From a virus, in IMG/VR virus record IMGVR_UViG_3300044487_000013, positions 1-64,000 of that record: 64,000 bases of DNA; one strand, given 5' to 3'. Below are positions 1-8,786 of this stretch, piece by piece. Both the position numbers and the translations under genes were made by a program. The notes beneath the pieces were generated by a model. The model was not told the origin of the DNA and did no database searches. It worked only from the letters and a program-made list of their open reading frames with translations. Within the stretch, counting starts at the first letter, position 1, and every line of letters starts with the position of its first letter.

Positions 1-111
1 CTCGGCCACAACCTGGCCAACCACGCGACCGAACTTTCAGAGATTGCCACGCGCTATGAGGCCGCGAAGATGGCCCTGGCGACCATCCGCGACATGAGCA
101 AGGAGGCGTAA
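1..111 (+). CDS. hypothetical protein (3' fragment; the gene starts upstream of the window)
   Basis: Open frame from position 1 to TAA at 109-111. AGGAGG sits just upstream of the next start at 114. Confidence 0.4.
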   Translation, partial: LGHNLANHATELSEIATRYEAAKMALATIRDMSKEA

Positions 112-113
112 CA

Positions 114-380
114 ATGACCGACCTGATGAGCCACGTGCGCGGCTGGGTCCGCAAGGCCGAAACCTGGAACGCGCCGGACCTGCAATGCAGCCCGGAGGTG
201 CGCGCGATGATCGAGGCCCTCCCGGCCATCCAGGTCCGGACGCCTTGGCCGACCGCGGACCTGCCCTTCGAAGCGCCGCAGTACTTCATCGCGGTTCTCC
301 CGGATGGCCGGCGGTTCCTGGTCGATACCGAGGGCTACGATTACGCGCGGTACATCACGCGGCTTCCGGAGGTGATCTAA
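114..380 (+). CDS. hypothetical early protein
   Basis: ATG preceded by AGGAGG. 88 aa. Its stop overlaps the next start (TAATG). Confidence 0.6.
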   Translation: MTDLMSHVRGWVRKAETWNAPDLQCSPEVRAMIEALPAIQVRTPWPTADLPFEAPQYFIAVLPDGRRFLVDTEGYDYARYITRLPEVI

Positions 381-619
381 TGGCCGATGACAAGAAGGTC
401 GACGTCCAGGTCGAGGCCGCCCTGGGCATTATCCTGGCCGTGGCGAACGCCATCCAGGGCCTGGGCGAGGTGCCCTCGGGCGAATTGTACGCGCGCATGA
501 TGCCCCACGGCATCAAGCTGGACGCCTACGAGAAGATCATCAGCACCCTGAAGGGCGCCGGCCTGGTGCGGGAATCGAACCACCTGCTGACATGGGTCGG
601 GCCACCGCCGAAACCGTAA
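380..619 (+). CDS. hypothetical early protein
   Basis: ATG overlaps the upstream stop. It is the internal Met of ORF 185..619, whose N-terminal extension looks like a GC artefact. Confidence 0.5.
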   Translation: MADDKKVDVQVEAALGIILAVANAIQGLGEVPSGELYARMMPHGIKLDAYEKIISTLKGAGLVRESNHLLTWVGPPPKP

Positions 620-657
620 TCGTGGCCTCAAGATGGAGCACTCCGCCGGCCCGAAGC

Positions 658-723
658 GTAGGCGAAAGGTCGCAAACGGCCGGCGGGTTCAACGGTGGCA
701 CGCGGGCTGCATTAGGAACGGGC
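658..723 (+). promoter_or_regulatory. repeated intergenic element, copy A, with a sigma-54-like -24/-12 motif (TGGCACG-N4-CTGCA)
   Basis: GTAGGCGAAAGG box at 658-670. TGGCACG at 696-702 with GC at 709-710, so GG-N10-GC spacing. ATG of the next ORF lies 14 nt downstream of the -12 C. Confidence 0.45.
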
Positions 724-945
724 ATGACGAACGATTACGGCAAGGGACGCGGCGCGAAGAACCGGATCGCCAAGGCCGAACTCAAGGCAGCCTGGAACCA
801 GGCCATCCGCGAAGGCCGCCTGGTCAATTTTGGCGACACCATTCGCCAATACGACTCGGCTTTCGCCGCCCAACTCGCGGTCGACGCGGCCCGCAAGGAT
901 GGCCTCACCGCTTTCATCGTGCCAGCGCACCTGGCGGAGGAGTAA
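724..945 (+). CDS. hypothetical early protein
   Basis: Internal ATG of ORF 592..945, immediately downstream of repeat copy A. 73 aa. Confidence 0.55.
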   Translation: MTNDYGKGRGAKNRIAKAELKAAWNQAIREGRLVNFGDTIRQYDSAFAAQLAVDAARKDGLTAFIVPAHLAEE

Positions 946-1220
946 TGGACCGCGGGCGCCTCATCCTGGCTTGCCGCATCAAGGCCCTGGAGGCCGGCAT
1001 CTGGCAGCAGGCCGATGGCGAGATGGCCCGGCTGGCGGAGATGCACCCGGCGCATCTCATCAACGCCTACCTGGGCGCCCTGGAGGCCCGCGAGCCGGCC
1101 GGCATCACCCAGCCCTTGGCGGCCGAGGTGAAGCGCCGGGGCCTGGCGGCAGACGCCTATCGCGAGGCGATGCGCCGCGACCCATTTTGGAACAAGGCGG
1201 CAGCGACCCCGAAAGTGTAA
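945..1220 (+). CDS. hypothetical early protein
   Basis: TAATG start-stop overlap with the upstream gene. 91 aa. Confidence 0.55.
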   Translation: MDRGRLILACRIKALEAGIWQQADGEMARLAEMHPAHLINAYLGALEAREPAGITQPLAAEVKRRGLAADAYREAMRRDPFWNKAAATPKV

Positions 1221-1250
1221 TCCTGGCCTCACAATGGGGCACCTTCTACG

Positions 1251-1323
1251 GGCGAAGCGCTGGCGAGAGTCTCGAGAGTTGGCCCATTTTCCCGGTGGCA
1301 TGGCGAGTGCATTAGGTGAGAGC
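1251..1323 (+). promoter_or_regulatory. repeated intergenic element, copy B (TGGCATG-N4-GTGCA)
   Basis: GGCGAAGCGCTGGCGAGAG box followed by TGGCATG at 1296-1302 and GC at 1309-1310. Same 14-nt distance to the ATG at 1324 as copy A. Confidence 0.45.
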
Positions 1324-1521
1324 ATGATGAACACCAACGAGACCAACAACGAGACGGTAACGCGGCTGCGTCGCATCCCGGTCTTCCCGGCGCTCACCCT
1401 GGTCGGCTCACGGCCGACGGTCCTCGGGGTTTCCTACGACACCTACGCCGAGGCCCTGGCAGCTAAGGAGGCCAACGTCGAATACATCACGGTCGATATC
1501 TTCGGCCGGGAGGTGCGCTAA
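1324..1521 (+). CDS. hypothetical early protein
   Basis: Internal ATG of ORF 1234..1521. 65 aa. Confidence 0.5.
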   Translation: MMNTNETNNETVTRLRRIPVFPALTLVGSRPTVLGVSYDTYAEALAAKEANVEYITVDIFGREVR

Positions 1522-3086
1522 TGACTGCCGCGCGCATCTGGTCGTCCCAGCAGGGCGACATCTTCGACTGGCTCCTGACGGGAACGGGCCACGGGGTGGT
1601 CATTGCCCGCGCCGGCTGCGGCAAGACGACGACCATCGTGGAAGCGGTCCTCCGATGGCTGGCAGCGAACCCCGGCAAGACGGTCACGGTCTGCGCCTTC
1701 AACAAGCGCATCGAGGAGGAATTGGTAGCGCGGTTCATCGGGGTGCAAGGCGTCACGGTCAAGACCCTGCACGCCCTCGGGCTGGCGCGGGTTCGGCAAT
1801 GGTGGGACAACATCCGGATCAACGACCTGAAGAAGGATCCGATATCGCGGGCCGATGACCTGACCAACCGGGTCTGCGGGAACCGCGCGCCGGACGCCAT
1901 CAAGAAGCTGGTCAGCAAACTGCACACCAAGGGCCGCGAGATCAAGCCGCACGCCATGAAGGCCGCGGACCTGATGGACCTGGCGGAGCGGTTCGAATGC
2001 GTCCCGGATGAGAACTGGGAGGCCGAAGGGTTCGACGTAGACTTCGTCGCGGCGCGAGCGGCGGAGGCGATGGCCCTGGCTGCGAAGGAAAAGCCGGTGC
2101 GGACCGGAATTGATTTTGCCGACATGATTTTCCTGCCGGTGCGGAACGGCTGGCTCCGCGGCACGCAGGACCTGGTGGTGGTCGATGAGGCGCAGGACAT
2201 GACGGCCGCGAAGCTGGAACTGGCCCGCGGGTTCGTCAAGCCGGCCGGCGGCCGGATGCTCCTGGTGGGCGACGACCGGCAGGCGATATACGGGTTCGTT
2301 GGCGCCGATGAGAGCGGCCTGGCAGAGTTCAGCGAGAGCCTGGGCGCCCACCGGATGGGCCTCACGGTCACCTACCGCTGCGGCAAAGCGATTGTGGCCC
2401 TGGCCGCGGCGATGGTGCCTGACTTCGAAGCCGGCCCGAACAATCCGGCGGGCGAGATCCTCGCCATCCCCGAGGGCCGCCTGGCCGAGGAGGCCGACCT
2501 CGGGGACTTCATCCTGAGCCGGGTGAACGCCCCGCTGGTCTCGACGGCTATGACCCTCCTGCGCGCCGGCAAGCGGGCGCGGGTGGCCGGGAAGGATATC
2601 GGGAAGGAACTGATCGAGTTGGTCAAGCGCCTGAGCAAGAAGGCCCGGTCGGTCCCCGAGTTCATCGAGTCGGTGGCCGGCTACGAGGCCTCGCAGATTG
2701 CCCGCATCCGGAGCAAGAAGCGCAGCGAGGAAGCCACCGAGAAGATGATCGAGAGCCTGCTCGACAAGACCGAGATGCTCCGCGCCTTCGCGGATGACGC
2801 CCGCAACGTCAAGGAGATCGAGGAACGCATCGAAGCCCTCTTCACTGATACCGGGCTGGGCGCGGCCGGGGTGATCACCTTGAGCAGCGTTCACAAGGCG
2901 AAGGGCCTGGAGGCGAACCGGGTGTTCATCCTGGCCGACACCCTGAAGAACCATACGCGCGAAGAGGAGAACATCCGCTACGTCGCCATCACGCGCGCCA
3001 AGCAGACCCTGGTGTGGGTATCCGCCCAGGGCCTGCAGGCGGGCGAGGTGGCGCCGGAGCCGGAGAAGAAGGAGCGCCGGTCATGA
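1521..3086 (+). CDS. UvrD/Rep-family SF1 DNA helicase
   Basis: Walker A ARAGCGKTTT, DEAQD box (LVVVDEAQDM), VGDDRQAIYGF motif. 521 aa. TAATG overlap at the start. Confidence 0.85.
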   Translation: MTAARIWSSQQGDIFDWLLTGTGHGVVIARAGCGKTTTIVEAVLRWLAANPGKTVTVCAFNKRIEEELVARFIGVQGVTVKTLHALGLARVRQWWDNIRINDLKKDPISRADDLTNRVCGNRAPDAIKKLVSKLHTKGREIKPHAMKAADLMDLAERFECVPDENWEAEGFDVDFVAARAAEAMALAAKEKPVRTGIDFADMIFLPVRNGWLRGTQDLVVVDEAQDMTAAKLELARGFVKPAGGRMLLVGDDRQAIYGFVGADESGLAEFSESLGAHRMGLTVTYRCGKAIVALAAAMVPDFEAGPNNPAGEILAIPEGRLAEEADLGDFILSRVNAPLVSTAMTLLRAGKRARVAGKDIGKELIELVKRLSKKARSVPEFIESVAGYEASQIARIRSKKRSEEATEKMIESLLDKTEMLRAFADDARNVKEIEERIEALFTDTGLGAAGVITLSSVHKAKGLEANRVFILADTLKNHTREEENIRYVAITRAKQTLVWVSAQGLQAGEVAPEPEKKERRS

Positions 3087-3346
3087 AGACACTGCTGATC
3101 TGGTTGTGGCTTTCGCAGGGCGCAGACGTCGGCACGACTGCCGTCGCCCTCCATCGCGGGTGCGTCGAGCGGACCTACTGGACCGGGAACCCGGCGGCCA
3201 TTGCCGGCGGCAAGCTGGCCGGGTCGTTCGTCATCACCCTGGGCGCCCCGAAGGTGCGCGGCGGCAAGGCCCTGGTTCTCGGGTTTGCGGCGGCCACGAC
3301 AACGGCTGTGGTGCTCAATGTGCATACGATGGGAGGATGCCGGTGA
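3083..3346 (+). CDS. small hydrophobic (membrane) protein
   Basis: ATGA overlap with the helicase stop. Two predicted hydrophobic segments. Confidence 0.5.
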   Translation: MKTLLIWLWLSQGADVGTTAVALHRGCVERTYWTGNPAAIAGGKLAGSFVITLGAPKVRGGKALVLGFAAATTTAVVLNVHTMGGCR

Positions 3347-3648
3347 GCAACGACCTTCGATTGCAGGAACTCCGGGCCGCGGCATGGCGGGCCGCGACCG
3401 GCCGCACCGGCCGCGAGGAGGATCCCCGGCCGCTCCGGTACAAGACGGCCCGGACGTTCAACGGGACGCGCCGGGTGCTGGCCTCGGCCGACTGGGCCTA
3501 TCAATTACGCGGCCGGTACGTGCAATTCCACGGCAAGCGGATCGGCGGTCCGGTGACCAACCGCGCCGATGCCGAGAAGATCGTGACCGAGCACCAGGCG
3601 ATGATAACCTCGCACAACACGTTCGCAGCCAAGGCGGTGATCGGATGA
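3337..3648 (+). CDS. hypothetical protein
   Basis: ATG after GGGAGG. 103 aa. Confidence 0.5.
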   Translation: MPVSNDLRLQELRAAAWRAATGRTGREEDPRPLRYKTARTFNGTRRVLASADWAYQLRGRYVQFHGKRIGGPVTNRADAEKIVTEHQAMITSHNTFAAKAVIG

Positions 3649-3857
3649 GGCAGCTGTTCCTGGCGTTCGACGGTCGCGCGAGCCGGACCTACTGCGCGTT
3701 CTTCTCGGAAGCCGAGGTGACCGCGTTCGCCCGATGGACGTTCGGCGTCACGGACGCGGGCGGCCACATTCCGGTCGTCTACCCGACGCACGATCCTATT
3801 CCGTTCTTCGACACGGCCGCCGAGGCTATTGCCTACTTTAAGGAGCAGATGAAATGA
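3645..3857 (+). CDS. hypothetical protein
   Basis: ATGA-type overlap with the upstream gene. 70 aa. Confidence 0.5.
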   Translation: MRQLFLAFDGRASRTYCAFFSEAEVTAFARWTFGVTDAGGHIPVVYPTHDPIPFFDTAAEAIAYFKEQMK

Positions 3858-4027
3858 ACAACCGTCGCCGCCGCATCGCCAAGGCCACTCGGAAGATCAA
3901 CCGCCTGGTGGAGGAATTGCGCCCGGAGGGCTGCGCCAACGTCGAGGCGCGGCGCTCGAAGATCCGCAGGATCCTGGCGCTCCATCGGCACCTCGGGAGG
4001 TACTTCTATGCGCCGGCCTGGTATTAG
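3854..4027 (+). CDS. small basic hypothetical protein (57 aa, not in the ORF track)
   Basis: ATG at 3854 overlaps the upstream TGA (ATGAAATGA). Open frame to TAG at 4025-4027. Confidence 0.35.
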   Translation: MNNRRRRIAKATRKINRLVEELRPEGCANVEARRSKIRRILALHRHLGRYFYAPAWY

Positions 4028-4253
4028 AGCACGCGAGATGGTCGTCCCCGCGGTCGGTCAGGTGTGGGCCAGCAATGACCCGCGCCGGCTGTCGGCCTTC
4101 CGCATCATCGAGGTGAACGGAACCCAGGGCTGCAAGGATGACCCTGGGTTCATCATCGGAGAGCCGGTCTACCCGTTGAACGGCAGGCTCCGCTGCGTCG
4201 CCCTGGAGGCGTTCCACGTCACCGGGCAGAAGGGCTACCGCCGGATCTCATGA
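4008..4253 (+). CDS. hypothetical protein
   Basis: GGGAGG lies 8 nt upstream of the ATG at 4008. 81 aa. Confidence 0.45.
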   Translation: MRRPGIRAREMVVPAVGQVWASNDPRRLSAFRIIEVNGTQGCKDDPGFIIGEPVYPLNGRLRCVALEAFHVTGQKGYRRIS

Positions 4254-4441
4254 GCGACCCGAAGGTCGTCCACGTCCTACCGCGGCGCTATCGGCCGACG
4301 TTCCGGGAGATCAAGACCTGGACGGAGGACGGCTCGCAGTGGTTCTACCTGTGGGAATGCCGGCTGTGCGGCAAGCGGATCAAGCCGAACACGGCCGGCG
4401 CCCAATCGCACGTCGCCAAACATCTGAGGAGGAACCCATGA
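4250..4441 (+). CDS. small CxxC zinc-ribbon-like protein
   Basis: ATGA overlap with the upstream gene. CRLCGKR motif. Confidence 0.5.
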   Translation: MSDPKVVHVLPRRYRPTFREIKTWTEDGSQWFYLWECRLCGKRIKPNTAGAQSHVAKHLRRNP

Positions 4442-4665
4442 AGCGCCGCGATGCTCTCAAACGTGCCACGATGCTCATGTTCGGCATGGCTCTCGGGAGG
4501 ATGGACGTCCTCAAGGCGTCAACGCCCGAACGCTGCGGATGCCTGACCGTGAATCTGGATCAGTGGGGCGAGATCGTGTTCACGCTTCATGGCAAGCGGA
4601 TCTCCGTCCCGGTGGCCGAGGTGTTCGCGGCCCTGGCGGATGAGCGAGGCGTCAAAACGACCTGA
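4438..4665 (+). CDS. hypothetical protein
   Basis: TGAGGAGG lies upstream of the ATG at 4438. 75 aa. Confidence 0.55.
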   Translation: MKRRDALKRATMLMFGMALGRMDVLKASTPERCGCLTVNLDQWGEIVFTLHGKRISVPVAEVFAALADERGVKTT

Positions 4666-4773
4666 GCCATATCGCATACAGCTGTGCTTGAACGCCCGGC
4701 GGCCGATCGGATAAGATCGGGCGCTTCCAACATCAGGAGGGCGCCATTGCCCAGGTCGCGGCGCGATGACCAG

Positions 4774-4950
4774 ATGAAGGCGTTCGTGGAACAACACAGC
4801 ATCCACGGCGCCATCCATGCCCTGGTCGAAGTCTGTCACCGGCGAGCGGCCGAGCTAGATGATGAACCCGGCCGCCGGGCCGAAAACATACGTGAGGTTG
4901 CGAGGCGCCTCACGTATGTCGAAGAACTCGCCTCGCGGATGGAACTCTAA
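4774..4950 (+). CDS. hypothetical protein
   Basis: Internal ATG of ORF 4684..4950. 58 aa. Confidence 0.4.
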   Translation: MKAFVEQHSIHGAIHALVEVCHRRAAELDDEPGRRAENIREVARRLTYVEELASRMEL

Positions 4951-4966
4951 GGAAGGAGGAAACAAG

Positions 4967-5032
4967 ATGGCTGACGCATTGAAGGATCTACTCGATTGGA
5001 TCTTCGGCAACACCGTCGTGTGGGGTAACTAG
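4967..5032 (+). CDS. candidate 21-aa sORF (MADALKDLLDWIFGNTVVWGN)
   Basis: Very strong SD, AAGGAAGGAGGAAACAAG, immediately before the ATG. The stop is followed by a GC hairpin. Confidence 0.25.
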   Translation: MADALKDLLDWIFGNTVVWGN

Positions 5033-5056
5033 CCCACCATTTCCTGGCGCGCGGGG

Positions 5057-5458
5057 TCAGTCGATCGGCCCCGCGACCACGATGCGCCCGGTCGCCACGC
5101 AGCGAGCCTTCCCCATCTCATCATCGACCGTCAGCCGCACCAGGTAGTCGCCAGGCACCAGCGTCAGGTTCTTCCATTCAATCTGCTTCGTACGCGAGTC
5201 CGTGTGGATGCCGGAGGCAGTTTCCTCGTCGCCCTCCGGCCCGAGGAGCGCTACCCGCCCGCCGCGGTTCTTCTCGTCCGGCTCCACGATCGTTCGAAGC
5301 TTGACGTAGCGCATAGGCGCCATAGCGGCGGGCGTGAGCACCTGGACCGCGCATGCCGGCGCGGCCTCGGCCGATCGCATCCCGAGGGACGCCAGAACCA
5401 GGCCGATGATGACGGCCGCCCACAGCAGGCTCCAGTCTATGCGGCGCTCAGGCGACAT
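5057..5458 (-). CDS. membrane-anchored (N-terminal TM) hypothetical protein
   Basis: Hydrophobic segment WAAVIIGLVLASLG near the N-terminus. 133 aa. Confidence 0.5.
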   Translation of the reverse strand: MSPERRIDWSLLWAAVIIGLVLASLGMRSAEAAPACAVQVLTPAAMAPMRYVKLRTIVEPDEKNRGGRVALLGPEGDEETASGIHTDSRTKQIEWKNLTLVPGDYLVRLTVDDEMGKARCVATGRIVVAGPID

Positions 5459-5879
5459 GGCCCTGGTCCTTCAGCAGACCGCGGATATGGAGCAGCATCT
5501 CGATCGCCTTCGCGTACGTGATATCGACGTAGGTGCCCTCCGCCTTGGCCTGGCGGAGGTATTGAACCAGGTCGCCGGCCTCCTGGTACGCGTCGACCAG
5601 GGCGTTGCGCCCGTTGAACGGCTGGAGCAGCGTGCCGTACTTCGCCAGGCCGATTGCCTTCCGCGCCTCAACGTCCGCGATGACCAGGGCGTACGCGTCA
5701 TCGTCAATGTGAGGCTGGCGATCGAGCGAGGCGCTGAGCCGGTGCAGGTCCTGGATGACCAGGTCCTGCACGCACGGCTGATCGTTCTTCGTGGGCATCG
5801 GCTGCCCGGTGTTCAGGTTTTCCACGTGCGTTCTCCAGGCCGCGGTCCAATTAGACTCGGGCCAATCCGCGAGTAGCAT
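5448..5879 (-). CDS. putative MazG-like nucleotide pyrophosphohydrolase
   Basis: IADVEARKA ... AYQEAGDLVQYLRQ resembles MazG EExxE/ExxD helices. Weak call. Confidence 0.35.
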   Translation of the reverse strand: MLLADWPESNWTAAWRTHVENLNTGQPMPTKNDQPCVQDLVIQDLHRLSASLDRQPHIDDDAYALVIADVEARKAIGLAKYGTLLQPFNGRNALVDAYQEAGDLVQYLRQAKAEGTYVDITYAKAIEMLLHIRGLLKDQGHVA

Positions 5880-5883
5880 GGCC

Positions 5884-6234
5884 CTACGCCTTCGGCGCGT
5901 CCTCGATGGTCTTGGTGAGCACCAGCATGTAGCCGTGGACGTCGACCCGGTTGTCCCGCTTCGCCCGCCGCGCTTCGCGCGTCAGCTTCATGCCGGTCAG
6001 TAGGAGGATGACGTCCTCAGGCGTGAGCGGCGCGGTCAGCTTGTGCGCCAGCAGGCCGGACCAGACCTGGGCCATCGCGTCGTAGGCCGGCCGCGGGCGC
6101 CCGTACGACTGCGCGCGGTCACCGTTGACCAGGGCGTTGGCTTCCGCCATCTCGTCCTGGCCCGCGTCGATGATGTTCTGCGGGCCGGTCGCATCGAACC
6201 CCTGCCGCGCTTCGCGTTCCTGTTCCGTCGCCAT
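5884..6234 (-). CDS. conserved phage hypothetical protein
   Basis: Strong GAGGAGGAG SD upstream. 116 aa. Confidence 0.55.
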   Translation of the reverse strand: MATEQEREARQGFDATGPQNIIDAGQDEMAEANALVNGDRAQSYGRPRPAYDAMAQVWSGLLAHKLTAPLTPEDVILLLTGMKLTREARRAKRDNRVDVHGYMLVLTKTIEDAPKA

Positions 6235-6323
6235 GACTCCTCCTCAAGCAAACCGCGCAGATGGTATAGGGCGAACCGCCGCAGGTGCAAAACACCCGTG
6301 GCGATTGCGAGAGATCGTACGGA

Positions 6324-7457
6324 TTATCCACGGTCGCTGTCCCCGACCAGCACCGGCCACTTGCAGGTGCGGCGCCGCTTCTTGTCGATGAGCAGCAGCG
6401 TCTGGCTGGGCGGTTCGAAGTCTGCCTTGATGCTCAACGCGTACGCGTTGTAGCCGATGAGCGAACCGTTGCAGATGAAGTTCCCGCCATCCTTATCCTG
6501 GTGGAAGTGGCCGAAGATATCCAGGTCGGCCCACCGCGCCTTGTTCCACTGGTTGATGGCCTTGAACGCGGGGATGAACAGCCCGCCGACGCCACCCGCG
6601 TACTGAATGTCGTGGCCGTGGTGGAACCGGATCTTCCGGTCGTAGACGTCGAGGTACGTATGGTAGCCGTCCTCGATCACGAACCGAATCCGCGGTTCGT
6701 TCTTGAAGAGCGACGCCAGGTTCACGTACATCAGCGTCTCCAGGCTGTGGCCGGTCTCCGTGGCGTGATGCACCTTGTGCGTCGTCCGCGAATGGTTGCC
6801 CACCTTGCAGGGGATCACGAAGTTGTAGGTGCTGTTGTTCAGCAGGAACTGCAGGCCCGCGACGATCTGGTTCTGGACGTTGATCAGTGCGTGAATCGGC
6901 AGGGCCGCGTTTGACTCCGCGTTCATCTCGCCGTGAATGTTGTTCGTGATGAAGTCCCCGAGGAGCGCCAGCACCACCGTGTGGATCTTGACGTCCTGGT
7001 TCAGCAGCTTGATGAGGCGCAGGCCGCCCTGGAAGAACCGCGTCACGCGCCGCGTCTCGATCTCCGGATTGAACTCGTTCAGCCCGTTGACGCTGGCCGG
7101 CTTGACGATCTCCTCGGAGTGCCAATCGGACCCGATGAGGATCGGCGTGGCCTCGGACGTTCCGCTGCCCTCGCGCGCCTCAATCTTGAAGGTGCGTGCG
7201 ATGCCCTTACGGATCTCATCGAGCCACCCGAGGGCCGCGTCCTGGCGTTCGATGGTCTTGACTGCCGCCGCGTACTTCTCGCGCAGGTCCTTGACCTCGG
7301 CGGCATTCCGGATGCGCTCGCGGTCCGCGGTCACGCGGGCGGATGGTACGCTGGCCGCGCGCTCCTTTTGATAGCACGTGGCGCAGAGGCCGGTGCGGTT
7401 CTCTCGGTCGATCATGGCAGGGCAGAGCCGGCACTTGCGGTCGCGCTTGCTGGGCAT
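6324..7457 (-). CDS. calcineurin-like metallophosphoesterase with N-terminal Cys4 zinc finger
   Basis: Cys4-type zinc-finger pattern CRLCP...CATC. Phosphoesterase motifs LLGDFI, KVGNHS, FHHGHD, FGHFHQ. Confidence 0.6.
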   Translation of the reverse strand: MPSKRDRKCRLCPAMIDRENRTGLCATCYQKERAASVPSARVTADRERIRNAAEVKDLREKYAAAVKTIERQDAALGWLDEIRKGIARTFKIEAREGSGTSEATPILIGSDWHSEEIVKPASVNGLNEFNPEIETRRVTRFFQGGLRLIKLLNQDVKIHTVVLALLGDFITNNIHGEMNAESNAALPIHALINVQNQIVAGLQFLLNNSTYNFVIPCKVGNHSRTTHKVHHATETGHSLETLMYVNLASLFKNEPRIRFVIEDGYHTYLDVYDRKIRFHHGHDIQYAGGVGGLFIPAFKAINQWNKARWADLDIFGHFHQDKDGGNFICNGSLIGYNAYALSIKADFEPPSQTLLLIDKKRRRTCKWPVLVGDSDRG

Positions 7458-7510
7458 GGGAGTCTCCGGACGGTCAGGGCTGCAAGGTCGTTGCCCGCAG
7501 CGTTGTTCGA

Positions 7511-8041
7511 TTACGCGGCGAGCACCGGAATGTCGGTGGCATCCGCGCCGGTCAGTAACATTCCACCCAAGCGGTCACAACGGCCGCGATGGCCGCCGGG
7601 ACCGTCATCCACCTGGTACGCCCACCGGCTCTTGTACAACTCGCGGGTAGCCTTCGACCAATCGCGCGCCTTCACGGCCGCAATGCAGTTCTTGAAGCCG
7701 AGCGCCTTGAGGCCCATGTTGAACGCCAGGTCCAACACCACCCGCTGCCGCACCTCGTTCAGGTCGTTGAACTCCGGGAAGTAGACCGGCACAACCTGAA
7801 CCAGCCGCGCGGTATCGGCGCGGAGGACAGCGATGGCCTCCTCGCGCGTGATGCGGACCTTTTCCGTCATGCCATCGCGCGGGGCAATCTTGCGGCCGGC
7901 CGCCTTTTCGAGGGCGTCGTAGCCGCGGGCCGTGATGTTATAGCCGACCCCGATCGTCCAATTGCCCAGGGTATCGACGTACGGAGTGAGACGCACGCCC
8001 TCGTGGAGGACCAGCTGCGCCATCAGACGATCGAGGTTCAT
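7511..8041 (-). CDS. endolysin, T4/lambda-type lysozyme (GH24 muramidase)
   Basis: LHEGVRLTPYVDTLGNWTIGVGY matches the catalytic E-D-T region of phage lysozymes. Confidence 0.9.
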   Translation of the reverse strand: MNLDRLMAQLVLHEGVRLTPYVDTLGNWTIGVGYNITARGYDALEKAAGRKIAPRDGMTEKVRITREEAIAVLRADTARLVQVVPVYFPEFNDLNEVRQRVVLDLAFNMGLKALGFKNCIAAVKARDWSKATRELYKSRWAYQVDDGPGGHRGRCDRLGGMLLTGADATDIPVLAA

Positions 8042-8047
8042 AGCGTC

Positions 8048-8161
8048 CTACTTCTTGTTTCGTGCCGCGGCGAGCGCATCGACCACAGCCTTGACCTGGT
8101 CAGGATGGCCTGCCGCGTACATGGCAACCTTGACCGCGTACTTGAGAATGATCTGCCACAT
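8048..8161 (-). CDS. candidate 37-aa sORF
   Basis: ATG preceded by AAGGGTGAAG. Ends 7 nt before the endolysin start. No TM segment, so not an obvious holin. Confidence 0.25.
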   Translation of the reverse strand: MWQIILKYAVKVAMYAAGHPDQVKAVVDALAAARNKK

Positions 8162-8167
8162 GGTGCT

Positions 8168-8785
8168 TCACCCTTTCAGCTGGCTCAACCAGCCGCGTTC
8201 CACCCAATGGTGGTACTGCGCTTTGTCGCGCAGCAGTTCGGAATGGCCAACCTTGGCCACGAAGTCGTTCTTGTCAGCGAGCGGCGCCTCGCGCACGATG
8301 CCAACGTGACCGTCGAACAGTTCCCCGAGGATCTGGAAGCGGTCGGTGTTGTCGCTATGGACGTGCAGCCAGTACTGGGTGTTCGCGCGAAGGGCCTTGT
8401 ATTGCGCGCCAAGGTCCTGACGGATAGGCGACCCCATCGAGATCAGCGTCTGGATCTTCAGGTCATGCTCCGCCGCAGCGAAGGCCGCGACCTGGAGGCC
8501 ATGCGAATGAACGATGAGCGCCGTCCGGAAGCCGGGCATTCTGAGGTAGAGCCGAACGAAGTAGGAGAGCGCCGCACCGCCGGCCGCCCAATCACGGGTG
8601 CCGGACGCAACGCCAGGAACCCCGTCCAGGTCCGTCGACCAGATGAATGGCCGCGGGCCATCGTCGTAGATGGGCGCCACGCCCTGGTCCGCAAGGAACT
8701 GACCAAACTGGTGACCTGGGCAGAACCAGTCGTTGTCATTCTTGCCCTTCCACGAGTCGGTGCCAGCTACCAAAATGGGGTGCAT
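8168..8785 (-). CDS. alpha/beta-hydrolase-fold protein (lipase/esterase-like)
   Basis: Nucleophile-elbow-like VHSHG (xSxG). Sits next to the endolysin. Confidence 0.4.
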   Translation of the reverse strand: MHPILVAGTDSWKGKNDNDWFCPGHQFGQFLADQGVAPIYDDGPRPFIWSTDLDGVPGVASGTRDWAAGGAALSYFVRLYLRMPGFRTALIVHSHGLQVAAFAAAEHDLKIQTLISMGSPIRQDLGAQYKALRANTQYWLHVHSDNTDRFQILGELFDGHVGIVREAPLADKNDFVAKVGHSELLRDKAQYHHWVERGWLSQLKG

Positions 8786-8786
8786 G

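Noticed and set aside
1518-2954. 478-aa minus-strand ORF antisense to the UvrD-like helicase gene, together with similar long antisense ORFs. These include 11356..12849 (+), 15900..17597 (+), 26962..29805 (+), 37521..39221 (+) and 51045..52532 (+).
   Set aside because: They lie opposite well-supported genes, have Arg/Ala/Pro-biased low-complexity composition typical of high-GC off-frame ORFs, and lack RBS and motifs.
4690-4725. Hairpin GCGGCCGATC-GGATAA-GATCGGGCGC after gene 4438..4665, and the GCGGGG-N12-CCCCGC hairpin at 5044..5070, as intrinsic terminators.
   Set aside because: Neither has a U-rich tail. They are kept only as weak possibilities and not listed as features.
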